Assembly (NCBI GenBank): GCA_963701295.1
Contig: OY969585.1
Location: 3,579,694-3,643,693, forward strand
DNA from: Ignavibacteriota bacterium
GTDB lineage: Bacteria; Bacteroidota; Ignavibacteria; UBA10030
Length of the DNA stretch: 64,000 nt
Direction: 5' to 3'
Shown here: in pieces, positions 21,897 to 31,051 of the stretch
Layout of the letters: each line of letters starts with the position of its first letter
Numbering within the stretch: position 1 is the first letter of the stretch
The notes under the pieces: model-generated
The model's input: the letters and a program-made list of their open reading frames with translations, nothing else
What the model was told of the DNA's origin: nothing
The model's database searches: none
Made by a program: the position numbers and the translations under genes

Positions 21897-24098
21897 ATGA
21901 ATGTCATGACACCAACTGAAGAAAAGAGATTCCATTTGAAACGTTTCGCAGGCATTATCATTGCCCTGGCAACTGTGCTCCTCGTCGAACTTCTATTTCA
22001 TACATCCTTGATTCCCGACACGTTAGGAACGAACATCTTTCAATCTATGGAACGGCGCAGCTTAGATATGTTAATGCGGTTTCGCGGTGAGCGTGCAAAT
22101 GCCGAGAATGTTATGATGATCAAGATCGATGATTACACTGACAAACAGCTCGGTTGGCCGATTCCGCGCGATCAATATGGTGCAGTGATGACGCTCCTGA
22201 GCAACTCCGGCGCGAAAGCTGTTGCGCTTGACGTGTTCCTTACCGCCAAACAGGATATCGACAGTACAGAGAACGCGCTCCTTGTTCAATATTTGTCACA
22301 AACACAAAACACGTATCAGGTCATTGGTCCATTCATCCCCTCAAAGACGGAACGCGAACAAGTCAGCCGCAGAAACGTCGATAGCACTGCACATTTTGTG
22401 ATTGGGAAATTTGGAGTCCCTGCGCCGAGTCAGCATCATTTCCCCCGCGCACCATTCATTAGCGATTTTCCATTCCCTGAGTTGGCTAACGTCTCGACGG
22501 GAGTGGGTCACGCACTGCTCATTCCCGATGAATTAGGCGGTGTCATCCGCTCTATGCCGCTATATATAGAGTATGCCGGACGTCTATATCCATCGATCGG
22601 TTTTACACTCGCACTCAAAGCACTCAACATCGAACCGAAACAGGTACGGTTTGAAGACACAGATGAAGGTACGATCGTCTATGCCGGTTCACTTGTCATC
22701 CATACCGGTCTGTGGGGTGAAGTATTGATAAACTATATCGGCAAAAACGAATTGTTTCCATCGGTTTCCTTTTATGATGTACTTTCAGCCGCTAAACAGC
22801 GCGATGAAAAATTCTTTGAACAATTTAATGGAAAGGTATGCATCATAGGTCCGACAATTCGTTCCATCGGCGATTACTATGCCACTCCATTTGAAGAATC
22901 ATCGGCTGGATTTATGACGCACGCAAATGTGTACGATATGGTAGTCACAAACTCATTCATTACTCAGGCACCTGCGTGGATCCAATTCCTCCTTCTTCTG
23001 GTTATCACACTTGCCGTTGGATTCATGACACACACACGGCATATGAAAATCGGAATTCTTGTCCTTGTCGTGGTGACATTTCTCTTCCTGACTTGCGCTA
23101 TTGTCGCTTTCAATTCTGCATATTTCTGGTTAAACTTGGCAGCCCCACTGAGCGCACTTCTCATCTGTTTTGTTACGACCGTTGCTTACAAAGCCGCTAC
23201 AGAAGGCCGCCAGCGTAAGTTGATTACGAGCATGTTTGGAACGTATGTCGATAGCAATGTTGTCCGAATTCTTATTAATAATCCAAGTCTCGCAAAATTA
23301 GGCGGCGAAAAACATGAGATCACGATCCTCTTTACCGATATCAAAGGCTTCTCGAGTATTTCGGAAAAAGTGAGCGAGGATGTTCTCGTCAAACTTCTCA
23401 ATATTTACTTCACTGATATGACGAATGTCGTTTTAGCAAACGGCGGTGCAGTGGACAAATTTATCGGCGATTCCATTATGGCATTCTGGGGTGCACCGTT
23501 GCCTGATTCCGATTCTGCGTACCATGCCTGTGTTACTGCCGTGCACATGCAATCACAATTAGATAAACTTCAAACACGGTTACTAAAAATTGGCGGCATA
23601 GGAATCAAGCAGCGAATCGGTGTGAATACGGGATTGTGTATTGTCGGGAATATGGGATCCGAACAGAAAAAAAACTACACTGTGACAGGAGACCCGGTCA
23701 ATCTCGCTTCTCGTCTTGAAGGAGTGAATAAACAATACGGTACCGGTATACTCATCTCAGAGTTTACCCATAAAAAAGCTGGGAAACGCTTGGTCACTCG
23801 CATAGTTGACCGTGTGCAAGTTGTAGGCAAATCCGAACCCGTGCAGATCTACGAACTCATAGACATCGCCAATAAACCATTGGATGATAAAATGAAATAC
23901 TTTCTCGATATCTATGGACAAGGACTCAAAGCATATCAAGAGCGCCGATGGGATGAGGGCATTGCGTTCATGGCACACGCAATGGAGAAAGTGCCAGACG
24001 ATTCTGTCTGCCAACTCTACATCGAACGGATGAAGTTATATCAGATCACGCCGCCGTCCGATAACTGGAACGGTGTATTTGTCCTGCAGTCGAAATAA
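21897..24098 (+). CDS. CHASE2-domain membrane adenylate/guanylate cyclase (class III)
   Basis: CHASE2 (IKIDD...GWPIPR...GAKAVALDV), three TMs, ILFTDIKGFS, DKFIGDSIMAFWGAP, GDPVNLASRLEG. Confidence 0.92.
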   Translation: MNVMTPTEEKRFHLKRFAGIIIALATVLLVELLFHTSLIPDTLGTNIFQSMERRSLDMLMRFRGERANAENVMMIKIDDYTDKQLGWPIPRDQYGAVMTLLSNSGAKAVALDVFLTAKQDIDSTENALLVQYLSQTQNTYQVIGPFIPSKTEREQVSRRNVDSTAHFVIGKFGVPAPSQHHFPRAPFISDFPFPELANVSTGVGHALLIPDELGGVIRSMPLYIEYAGRLYPSIGFTLALKALNIEPKQVRFEDTDEGTIVYAGSLVIHTGLWGEVLINYIGKNELFPSVSFYDVLSAAKQRDEKFFEQFNGKVCIIGPTIRSIGDYYATPFEESSAGFMTHANVYDMVVTNSFITQAPAWIQFLLLLVITLAVGFMTHTRHMKIGILVLVVVTFLFLTCAIVAFNSAYFWLNLAAPLSALLICFVTTVAYKAATEGRQRKLITSMFGTYVDSNVVRILINNPSLAKLGGEKHEITILFTDIKGFSSISEKVSEDVLVKLLNIYFTDMTNVVLANGGAVDKFIGDSIMAFWGAPLPDSDSAYHACVTAVHMQSQLDKLQTRLLKIGGIGIKQRIGVNTGLCIVGNMGSEQKKNYTVTGDPVNLASRLEGVNKQYGTGILISEFTHKKAGKRLVTRIVDRVQVVGKSEPVQIYELIDIANKPLDDKMKYFLDIYGQGLKAYQERRWDEGIAFMAHAMEKVPDDSVCQLYIERMKLYQITPPSDNWNGVFVLQSK

Positions 24099-24223
24099 CG
24101 ACAAAGAGACATCTCTTTGAGAAAAGCTACCCACAAAGGAATGGACAGAACATTGCAACTCTATTAAAGCGCGGAATATTCGGGAAAACTAAGCTGATGT
24201 AACATGAAGAACTAAGAGGTTTG

Positions 24224-24297
24224 TGGGCCCTGCTGGACTCGAACCAGCGACCCGCAGATTATGAGTCTGCTGCTCTAACCAACTGAGCTAAGGGCCC
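24224..24297 (-). tRNA. tRNA-Ile2 (anticodon CAT, lysidine type); CCA not encoded
   Basis: Reverse complement GGGCCCTTAGCTCAGTTGGTTAGAGCAGCAGACTCATAATCTGCGGGTCGCTGGTTCGAGTCCAGCAGGGCCCA folds as a cloverleaf. Sequence is Ile2-like rather than Met-like. Confidence 0.92.
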
Positions 24298-24301
24298 GTG
24301 T
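24259..24301. repeat. att direct repeat (left copy, within the intact tRNA)
   Basis: ttatgagtctgctgctctaaccaactgagctaagggcccgtgt. Confidence 0.95.
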
Positions 24302-24440
24302 TTTTAAATTAAAAACCGCATTTACCTGTTACTTTTTTTCTCAAAATCTCCCAAGTAAACCTTAAACCTCGATCGACAGGTTACAAATTGGTAACACTTA
24401 GTATCAAGTGTCATCCAATAGTAACGGCTTCAGTAACATA

Positions 24441-24469
24441 AAAGTAGCACAAAATTCAAAGATAATCAA
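24441..24469 (-). promoter_or_regulatory. Island-encoded sigma70-type promoter facing the intact tRNA
   Basis: Minus strand TTGATT-N17-TACTTT with an extended -10 TG, ~140 nt upstream of the tRNA 5' end. Confidence 0.55.
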
Positions 24470-24573
24470 GACGGATATTTTTGATCCTTTTTTCAAAATG
24501 TTCCTTGCTGGATGAAACGATAATAATCTATGCTCATAAATATAATATTAATTAGGAAATAATTGTGAAGCAC

Positions 24574-24599
24574 GTGCAGCAGATCAAATTCTGCTGCAC
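24574..24599. repeat. 10-bp inverted repeat upstream of the first island gene
   Basis: GTGCAGCAGA-tcaaat-TCTGCTGCAC in an AT-rich context. Confidence 0.6.
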
Positions 24600-24656
24600 A
24601 GTTGTAAGTTTATATAAATTAAATAATTAGAAACAATTTGTGTATGTGAGGAACAA

Positions 24657-25865
24657 ATGGAACAACAATGCAATGCTATAGGAAACACGGACTACAAAAA
24701 ATATATTTTCCCTATATGTCCAGTTAATGGAAATAGTATATGCAAGTTTATCAGTCACGGAGTGGCTCGTGGAGAGAAACTATCTCCTGAAAAAGTCAAA
24801 GAATTGGTAAAAAACCTTTTAATTCTCTTCCAGGAGGGTTTCGGTCCAGAGCATAATTTATGGAGCCTTCTTTTGACAGTAATTGTCATTAGCACATATT
24901 GCGCAGTGGAATTTATTAGCATACCACTTATATGGCTTCATTTACCAAAAGAGTTCAAAAGAGAATGGTTACTTCATCTCTTAGCGGCAGTCAGCAGTGA
25001 ACCATTTTTGGCAAGGAATTATTTTAGCTTTGATGAACTTAAAAAGATGATAAAAGGATCTTGGTATACTCCCGTGATATTCTTCGTTGATCCGAAGTCA
25101 TATGATAAAAGCGTCCAAAAATGCTATCTCGAAAATCCATCGGAAAGAACACAGTTTCTTTATGATAAATTCAATGATAAGGCAAGTTTATATTCATATC
25201 GTATCGTATTAGCAGATTATCCTCCGAATTCTAATTGTAGTCGACATACGCTTTGTTGTGATCTTCCTAGGATTCATAACTACCCCAATTGTGATAGCGA
25301 TCGTATTGAGGCGATTCGAACCGATTGCGATAAATTATATTCGACTCTGCAACAGCCATTGTGTTCGGCGATTGCTGAATTAGGAAAGAAAGCACCAGTA
25401 TACAGTCCATCTTTCAGCTTATATGCATTGTCTATAGTATTAAAGGAATTTGATGCGTTAGAAGAGTCTGAATTAAAGTCTGTTTGTGAATTACTCGAAA
25501 AACTCGAAATACGTTCAAAGAAAAACTATGGGTATGACGAAGACAAGGATGTCTTATGGTTGGTATGGGATTATTTAGCGGAACATTCAGCGGAAGAAAC
25601 CACTCCTGGAGATATTGTCGATGGATATATTATTCTCGAAAGGTTAACAAGTTTTATGGCATTCACGACACACGGACAGGTTCTGGTTGCCCCCCAGAGG
25701 ATCAGTGAAATTCTAAACCAATATAATTTAATACTGGATCGGAAACGACTTGATCTTGAGACACCTCCTGAGATAGAAAAACACGGCCATTCAATGCGGC
25801 GCATTCAACGAACTGGTGTTATTATCGATAAAGAAGCGTTGAGTGTGGCTATTTCTGGATACTAA
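24657..25865 (+). CDS. Hypothetical protein (402 aa)
   Basis: Long ORF with RBS GAGG; no motif recognised. Confidence 0.7.
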   Translation: MEQQCNAIGNTDYKKYIFPICPVNGNSICKFISHGVARGEKLSPEKVKELVKNLLILFQEGFGPEHNLWSLLLTVIVISTYCAVEFISIPLIWLHLPKEFKREWLLHLLAAVSSEPFLARNYFSFDELKKMIKGSWYTPVIFFVDPKSYDKSVQKCYLENPSERTQFLYDKFNDKASLYSYRIVLADYPPNSNCSRHTLCCDLPRIHNYPNCDSDRIEAIRTDCDKLYSTLQQPLCSAIAELGKKAPVYSPSFSLYALSIVLKEFDALEESELKSVCELLEKLEIRSKKNYGYDEDKDVLWLVWDYLAEHSAEETTPGDIVDGYIILERLTSFMAFTTHGQVLVAPQRISEILNQYNLILDRKRLDLETPPEIEKHGHSMRRIQRTGVIIDKEALSVAISGY

Positions 25866-25939
25866 ATCGTTATAGTCAAACCAAGACACGCTATTATCCT
25901 TCTCGTTAAAAGAAATTTATTAAATAAATTTGCCTAACT

Positions 25940-26593
25940 ATGACTTCATTCAATAAAGATCTTGCAGCATTAGGGCTGTCACCATTTCATCTCCAATGGC
26001 TTATATCTGAGTTCGCCAGATCAAATTCTGAATATTACGTAAGATATGGCGACAATCATCAATTTATCCACGCTATGGATATTAATACAGGTTCGTATCT
26101 CAAACTAAGTCAGGATAATTTATTAGATCATTTAATTGGGCGTAATCGGATTGCCGTTCCTCCAGGATTAATGATGAAATTTTTCTCTATCAATTTGTTA
26201 TGTCCAAAAGAGCAGGTGTCGGCATATCTCAAGATCATCATAGAGGGTTTTGGCATACCATTGATCGTAGTTACCAAGAATAGCAGAATTTATTCCTGCT
26301 GTTATTTCCTTCGAACACTTGAAGAGAAGGCAAATATCGTTAAAGCAATTGATTATAGCCTTGAGAAGATATTGAATCCTGAGGCTCTCCAATTCTTTAA
26401 GACATTCCCAGGATCAGCTAAATGGTTTGAATTACCCTTTGGAAGGGGAAGTTCTTTGATTAATCCGATCACATTGCAGCCGATGAAAATGAATAAACGA
26501 ACAATGATAGAATATTGTATTCGATATCAACAAAATACAAATCTAACCCTTGATAAATTATTGCATAACGTTGAAGGATTATCCTATGAGTAA
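25940..26593 (+). CDS. Hypothetical protein, possibly a degenerate AEP/primase-like replication protein
   Basis: DHLIGRNRIAV...FFSINL...FKTFP...ELPFG echoes AEP-primase layout, but the DxD and His catalytic residues are absent. Confidence 0.45.
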   Translation: MTSFNKDLAALGLSPFHLQWLISEFARSNSEYYVRYGDNHQFIHAMDINTGSYLKLSQDNLLDHLIGRNRIAVPPGLMMKFFSINLLCPKEQVSAYLKIIIEGFGIPLIVVTKNSRIYSCCYFLRTLEEKANIVKAIDYSLEKILNPEALQFFKTFPGSAKWFELPFGRGSSLINPITLQPMKMNKRTMIEYCIRYQQNTNLTLDKLLHNVEGLSYE

Positions 26594-27029
26594 GTTAATT
26601 CTACCATCACAGCTTACCGTTGAAGATGTGCGCTCTATTCTTGAAATTACAGAAAGATTGAAAGTTGATGGACAATTCGGTCGGGAAGGATTTCAATCTC
26701 AACAGTTTATTTTTACGTTACTAAACTTCTTTAAGAACAAAAAAACGGACGTATTGGTCATTCCAACTACTACGCTTACAAGATTTCCAGGTGCTTCTAA
26801 GAAAACGTCAAGGTTGAGGCGCACATTTTGTTTGGGTAGTGGAATAATGGTGATTGCCCGATCAGCAAGCATAGAAGAACAGCGAGCTACTACTTACAGA
26901 TTGAATTACCAATTCAAACAAGGCCAACTGGTAAAATACTTCATTGAAGGGTTATCTATACTCTATACAGGAAAGCAGTTACAAGAATTATACACAGAAT
27001 GGATATATAAAAAACACATTGCCAATTAA
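26586..27029 (+). CDS. Hypothetical protein, possibly winged-helix DNA-binding
   Basis: ATG overlaps the upstream stop; basic, with ATTYRLNY at the end of a wHTH-like segment. Confidence 0.5.
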   Translation: MSKLILPSQLTVEDVRSILEITERLKVDGQFGREGFQSQQFIFTLLNFFKNKKTDVLVIPTTTLTRFPGASKKTSRLRRTFCLGSGIMVIARSASIEEQRATTYRLNYQFKQGQLVKYFIEGLSILYTGKQLQELYTEWIYKKHIAN

Positions 27030-27266
27030 TCACATACAATCAGCGCGAACACATAATGACCACCACAATGTCTAAGGGGTGCGTCTATCCGGTAGGTTAT
27101 AAAAAAAAGGTAGAGTATTATATTAAGGAGAGAGCTTCAGATTAAGCTAATCAAGTGTAAGTCTCAAAGATCTAAAGAGTTTGACAGAGTTTCTGCATCA
27201 AGTCTGTGCATTCCTCAAACACTTCGGTAACATCTACGTTCTGTTTTTCCGTCAACCAATGAGATA

Positions 27267-27470
27267 TTACGACCTGAAGTTCCTTGTAAATAAATTCAAT
27301 GCCTCTTGTTTTGTCCTACGAATCGAAGCAAGCAAGAGTTGATCGTCAAACATAGATTCGCTCAGAGCAGATTCTACCGTCGTCTGAAGCAAATATCCTT
27401 TGTATTCCCTTATGACCATATCTTCGATATCATTATCTAAGCTATGCCGTTCCTTATTGATTTCGAACAT
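27267..27470 (-). CDS. Small hypothetical protein
   Basis: 67-aa ORF starting immediately after the upstream stop. Confidence 0.4.
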   Translation of the reverse strand: MFEINKERHSLDNDIEDMVIREYKGYLLQTTVESALSESMFDDQLLLASIRRTKQEALNLFTRNFRS

Positions 27471-27471
27471 T

Positions 27472-28065
27472 TTAATTCCAAGGTTTTCGTCTGATCTCCA
27501 ACCATTCGTTTTTTATGGATCTGTCGTTTTCAAGTTTAAGGATTATATTATCATAGACGTCTTTCATTTCTTTTCGCAAGAGGATAACACATACAGGGAA
27601 ATTATATGCCCCAGGTTGACCTCCTAAATATATCATCACACTTGCATCTGTTCTCCATCCCTGTGCATCCACAGGATAAATATAAGATTCGTCTGAAAAG
27701 AGACCACGACGTTTCTCAGTTAAATAATCTAATGGTTTTTGTTCCCGGTTCCCGAGGTCATATACAGCAATAAGACAAAGTGAGTTATCGATGATAATAC
27801 AAGAGTATGTAAGTTCATAATCACTTCTACTCACTACTGCATTAATGCGTTGAAATGTATGTTCAGCAAGTTTCCCGTTTTCCTTCGTTATTATACCATC
27901 GCGATATAGAACCTTCATACTTGAAATTGTATCAGTTGCGAGGACGATTTTTACCTAATTACTAGTCATATTCCATTTTAGATTATCATAACCCAATTCA
28001 TATTTCCCTTGTGAATACAAAATAGATGTAGATACCAAAATTAAAGTGATAAATAATTGTTTCAT
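27472..28065 (-). pseudogene. Exported hypothetical protein with one in-frame TAG
   Basis: AGGAGG-ATG at 28065 gives signal peptide MKQLFITLILVSTSILYSQ; TAG at 27955-27957; the same frame continues into ORF 27472-27918. Confidence 0.7.
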
Positions 28066-28131
28066 AAAACCTCCTTTGATATTATTAATTATGCCGCTTA
28101 TTAATTAGACTAAGCAGTTGTTGTAAATTCG

Positions 28132-28941
28132 TCAATGTATTTTCAGTTGATTTAAGCGATTCTTGAGACAACAATGAACCCACGCTTTGTGTATGCTACC
28201 CCAACTCTTTGATGCTGTTCCTAATTGCCCCGCTTGACGTGGATGAACCAATGGTAATACTTCGACTGAATATCCATCAATATTCATTGGTATTGTTTTT
28301 CCATAAAGCTTTCCGTTTTCTGTTATCTGTGATAGGCTTTTAATTCGATGATAATATTTAAGAAAATCTTCTATCGGCTTGTCGCCAAGTAGAATTAGTA
28401 ATTTAGCTTTCGATTCTTTTAACTCTTTTACAATTTCGTTTCTTCGCTGTTCATCAGCGAACACTTTAGGGACAGGAGGAAAATATATTGGAGGAAGTAT
28501 TCCCTTTTTAACGAATGGATTGTATGTTCGTTCAATTGCAGCAGCTTGGCTGGGATTCATTCGGCTTTTTGGTAAAAGATCGCAGAGCCAAACATCATCC
28601 CTAGTATATCCAAGAGGAAATAAATATAGATCGTCAAGAGTTCTTCCAGACGGTCCGTTGAAACTTATTCCTGCCGATATTAAGTGACCACAAGAAGGAG
28701 GAATGTTTATCTTTCCAATAATTTCCGAGGCATTTTCTCCACGCCAGAATATTTCAGGTTCACTCTCCACTGCCAACGCTTTAATCTGTCCTTTCGGCGA
28801 ATGCCAAAATGCGTGAACAGCGCTTGCATAAACTCCAAGCACAAAAGCCTTCTTTACTTTTCTATCACGTTGTTGTAAAGTTTGAATCGGCTTGCCGAAT
28901 GGAAACGTTTCTGACAGTGTTGAGGTAGATGTGTTTGACAT
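28132..28941 (-). CDS. Uracil-DNA glycosylase superfamily protein (divergent)
   Basis: NGPSGRTLD, VWLCDL, LLILLGD and PLVHPRQ (UDG motif-B-like HP); strong RBS AAGGAGG. Confidence 0.72.
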   Translation of the reverse strand: MSNTSTSTLSETFPFGKPIQTLQQRDRKVKKAFVLGVYASAVHAFWHSPKGQIKALAVESEPEIFWRGENASEIIGKINIPPSCGHLISAGISFNGPSGRTLDDLYLFPLGYTRDDVWLCDLLPKSRMNPSQAAAIERTYNPFVKKGILPPIYFPPVPKVFADEQRRNEIVKELKESKAKLLILLGDKPIEDFLKYYHRIKSLSQITENGKLYGKTIPMNIDGYSVEVLPLVHPRQAGQLGTASKSWGSIHKAWVHCCLKNRLNQLKIH

Positions 28942-28977
28942 CAAGTGGTTCCTCCTTTATAATTTGTTTGAGAGCAT

Positions 28978-29126
28978 AAAAAAAAGGGCGCAATCCAAAT
29001 ACGTCCCCTTCTGAGGCACCGCTAAGCGCCCACCAGGAAAACGTAAAGGATGCGCCCTTTTAATTGGGCGCAGTCCTCGAATACGGTTCCTGGTTTAGAA
29101 AATTAGCGGTTTTCAGAAGGAACGCA
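28978..29126 (-). promoter_or_regulatory. Structured RNA leader with mutually exclusive long hairpin and terminator
   Basis: Nested pairings CCTTCTGA/TCAGAAGG, ACCGCTAA/TTAGCGGT, ACCAGGAA/TTCCTGGT and TGCGCCC/GGGCGCA; alternative AAAAGGGCGCATCC...GGATTGCGCCC followed by T8. Confidence 0.75.
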
Positions 29127-29438
29127 GTCGTAACTACGCGATATTTATTATTGCTATATTTTTATGTTTTAGTCGATGTTCTCCAAAATGATAATTTCTC
29201 TATACAATATAACACCAGACCCTACCGATCTCCAAATGGTGTCAGTAACGTATTGATTTATAATGACTTGTTCAAGCAGGTTTGGCTTTTTGTTGTTTGA
29301 AACTTATCTGCATACAAACGAAATCACAATATCTATTTCACCAGTATTTTTCTTACCACCCTGCACACATTCACATCAATCTTCTTTGAATCCAGATAGA
29401 CAAAGACTCCCATTTGGTTCAGTTTTCGTGACGTTTCC

Positions 29439-30377
29439 TTAGATCATATACCTCTCAGTAAGCCACATAGCATAAGACTTATTGAATTTTCCGAAGACTT
29501 CAATAACATCTTCTAAGTAGATCTGAGTGAGATAGGTTGGATCTTTCAGAAAGCTCTTCGTTAGATTGATTTGTTCATCCATAAATTTATTAGCCCGTGG
29601 GAAGATAATCATCGGCTTCCACATTTCGGTATCTATAGTCTTTAGATGGCACAAAAGTATATAGCGCATTATCTGATACTGCTCTCCATACAGAAAGGGA
29701 CAATCTTCATAATGACGCTCGAACTTCTCAAGGTTATAAGGGCTATTACTGCTTCGCAGTATTGGATAATAAAGTGTGCCATAAGCTTTTTCAAGTGGAC
29801 ATCTTAACGTGGCCATCGGTTTATTACATTCACTATCACGTTTGGTTGATCCACAAGGAGCATCAGTATGTTCTGTAAATTTCATCTCAACTAAGTATTT
29901 GTATTTGCCACAGTCTATCAATAAATCGTGGTTGGATCGCTTTCCTCTTTGTTGAAGAGAATTCAATTTATCAATCCACTCGAATTGAAATTCTTCTTGA
30001 TGGATATCTGGATTGCCCAGTAACACTTGAACCAAACCTACTTCACATCGCTTGGCAAGAGAAAAGAGGTTCAGAGCCAGTAACTGAGAACTTTTAGGGT
30101 TGTTACGAGAGTGGAATTGGATATTGAGAGACTCGACTTCAGACTGAATATCTGGATGAATTATTTCTTGCTGCCGATCTTTTGCTACTATATATGAATG
30201 ACTTTCGTCAGTAGGGATTTGTAGGTATTTCCAAAGAGAAGAATAATGGTTTTCAAGATTTTCTATCCAAGTCAGTGTATCCAACTCAAAGAATCCTTTC
30301 ACGCAACCATACAAACATCGACTGAATACGATTCCTCTGAAGTGACTAACATCCGTAATCTTTAGCTCTTATTCCAT
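29439..30377 (-). CDS. PD-(D/E)XK nuclease, PGN_0703-like putative restriction endonuclease; TAA at codon 3 of the coupled start
   Basis: SSQLLALNLF, FEW, NHDLLI, LVEMKFTE, YQIMR and Cys residues. ATG 30377 overlaps the upstream TAA but reads ATG GAA TAA; the ORF track starts at TTG 30314. Confidence 0.7.
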
Positions 30378-31045
30378 TATCCGCAGGAATTTCTTCCTTT
30401 TGTGTTTAAATGGATTTCACAAGAATTTGGTTTAATTATTTTGCATTGAGATGGTGAAACACCCCCGAGGCACTTCAAAAAGCTTTTATATGTTTTTCTT
30501 CTGTTTTTATCAATGACTGGTGGAGGGTAAGGAAGTGCATCTATATAAGTGTTAGCAAGACCTAATCGTTTGCATTTGCGAATGCCACCATAGATACGAG
30601 TAAGTGCATCAGATTCTTCTGGTGAAAGTGGAGTCGCTCTGGACCGAAACTTTGACGCAAATTTTCCCATCGAAGTTTTACGTTCAACATTCGAAATTAT
30701 ATTCTTAATAAAAGGAAAATCTGTGTTGCCCTTGTTATCTATCAATAAAGGCGCTGTTAAGTATCTAAAGGGCATCGATATCGGTTTCCATTTAACTTCA
30801 ACTATTCGATTATGAAGGATTGGATTTAATCGTGGAGTAAGATATACAAGCTTAAACCCATTTTGACCTCCTTGAGCAAACGCAAACCTGGCCCCATAAA
30901 GTTTCTCATATGAATTTGAACTCATAAGGTTACGTTCGTGACATCTCGTAAGGCCAAAACTTCCATATTCCCAAAAGGGATCTGTTCTCATTTCATCTGA
31001 TTCAGATTTAGGACGACGTAAAAGGACAACAAACACACGTTCCAT
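30377..31045 (-). CDS. Hypothetical protein, Nmad2-like partner of Nmad3
   Basis: DPFWEYGSFGLTRCH...FAFAQGG...LVYLTP loosely parallels the Nmad2 NPF...CTLxxCK...LIY pattern; operonic with Nmad3. Confidence 0.5.
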   Translation of the reverse strand: MERVFVVLLRRPKSESDEMRTDPFWEYGSFGLTRCHERNLMSSNSYEKLYGARFAFAQGGQNGFKLVYLTPRLNPILHNRIVEVKWKPISMPFRYLTAPLLIDNKGNTDFPFIKNIISNVERKTSMGKFASKFRSRATPLSPEESDALTRIYGGIRKCKRLGLANTYIDALPYPPPVIDKNRRKTYKSFLKCLGGVSPSQCKIIKPNSCEIHLNTKGRNSCG

Positions 31046-31051
31046 CTTTAA

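Noticed and set aside
24224-24297. tRNA-Met call from the CAT anticodon
   Set aside because: It lacks initiator features (C1:A72 mismatch, three G-C pairs in the anticodon stem) and resembles Ile2 tRNAs overall.
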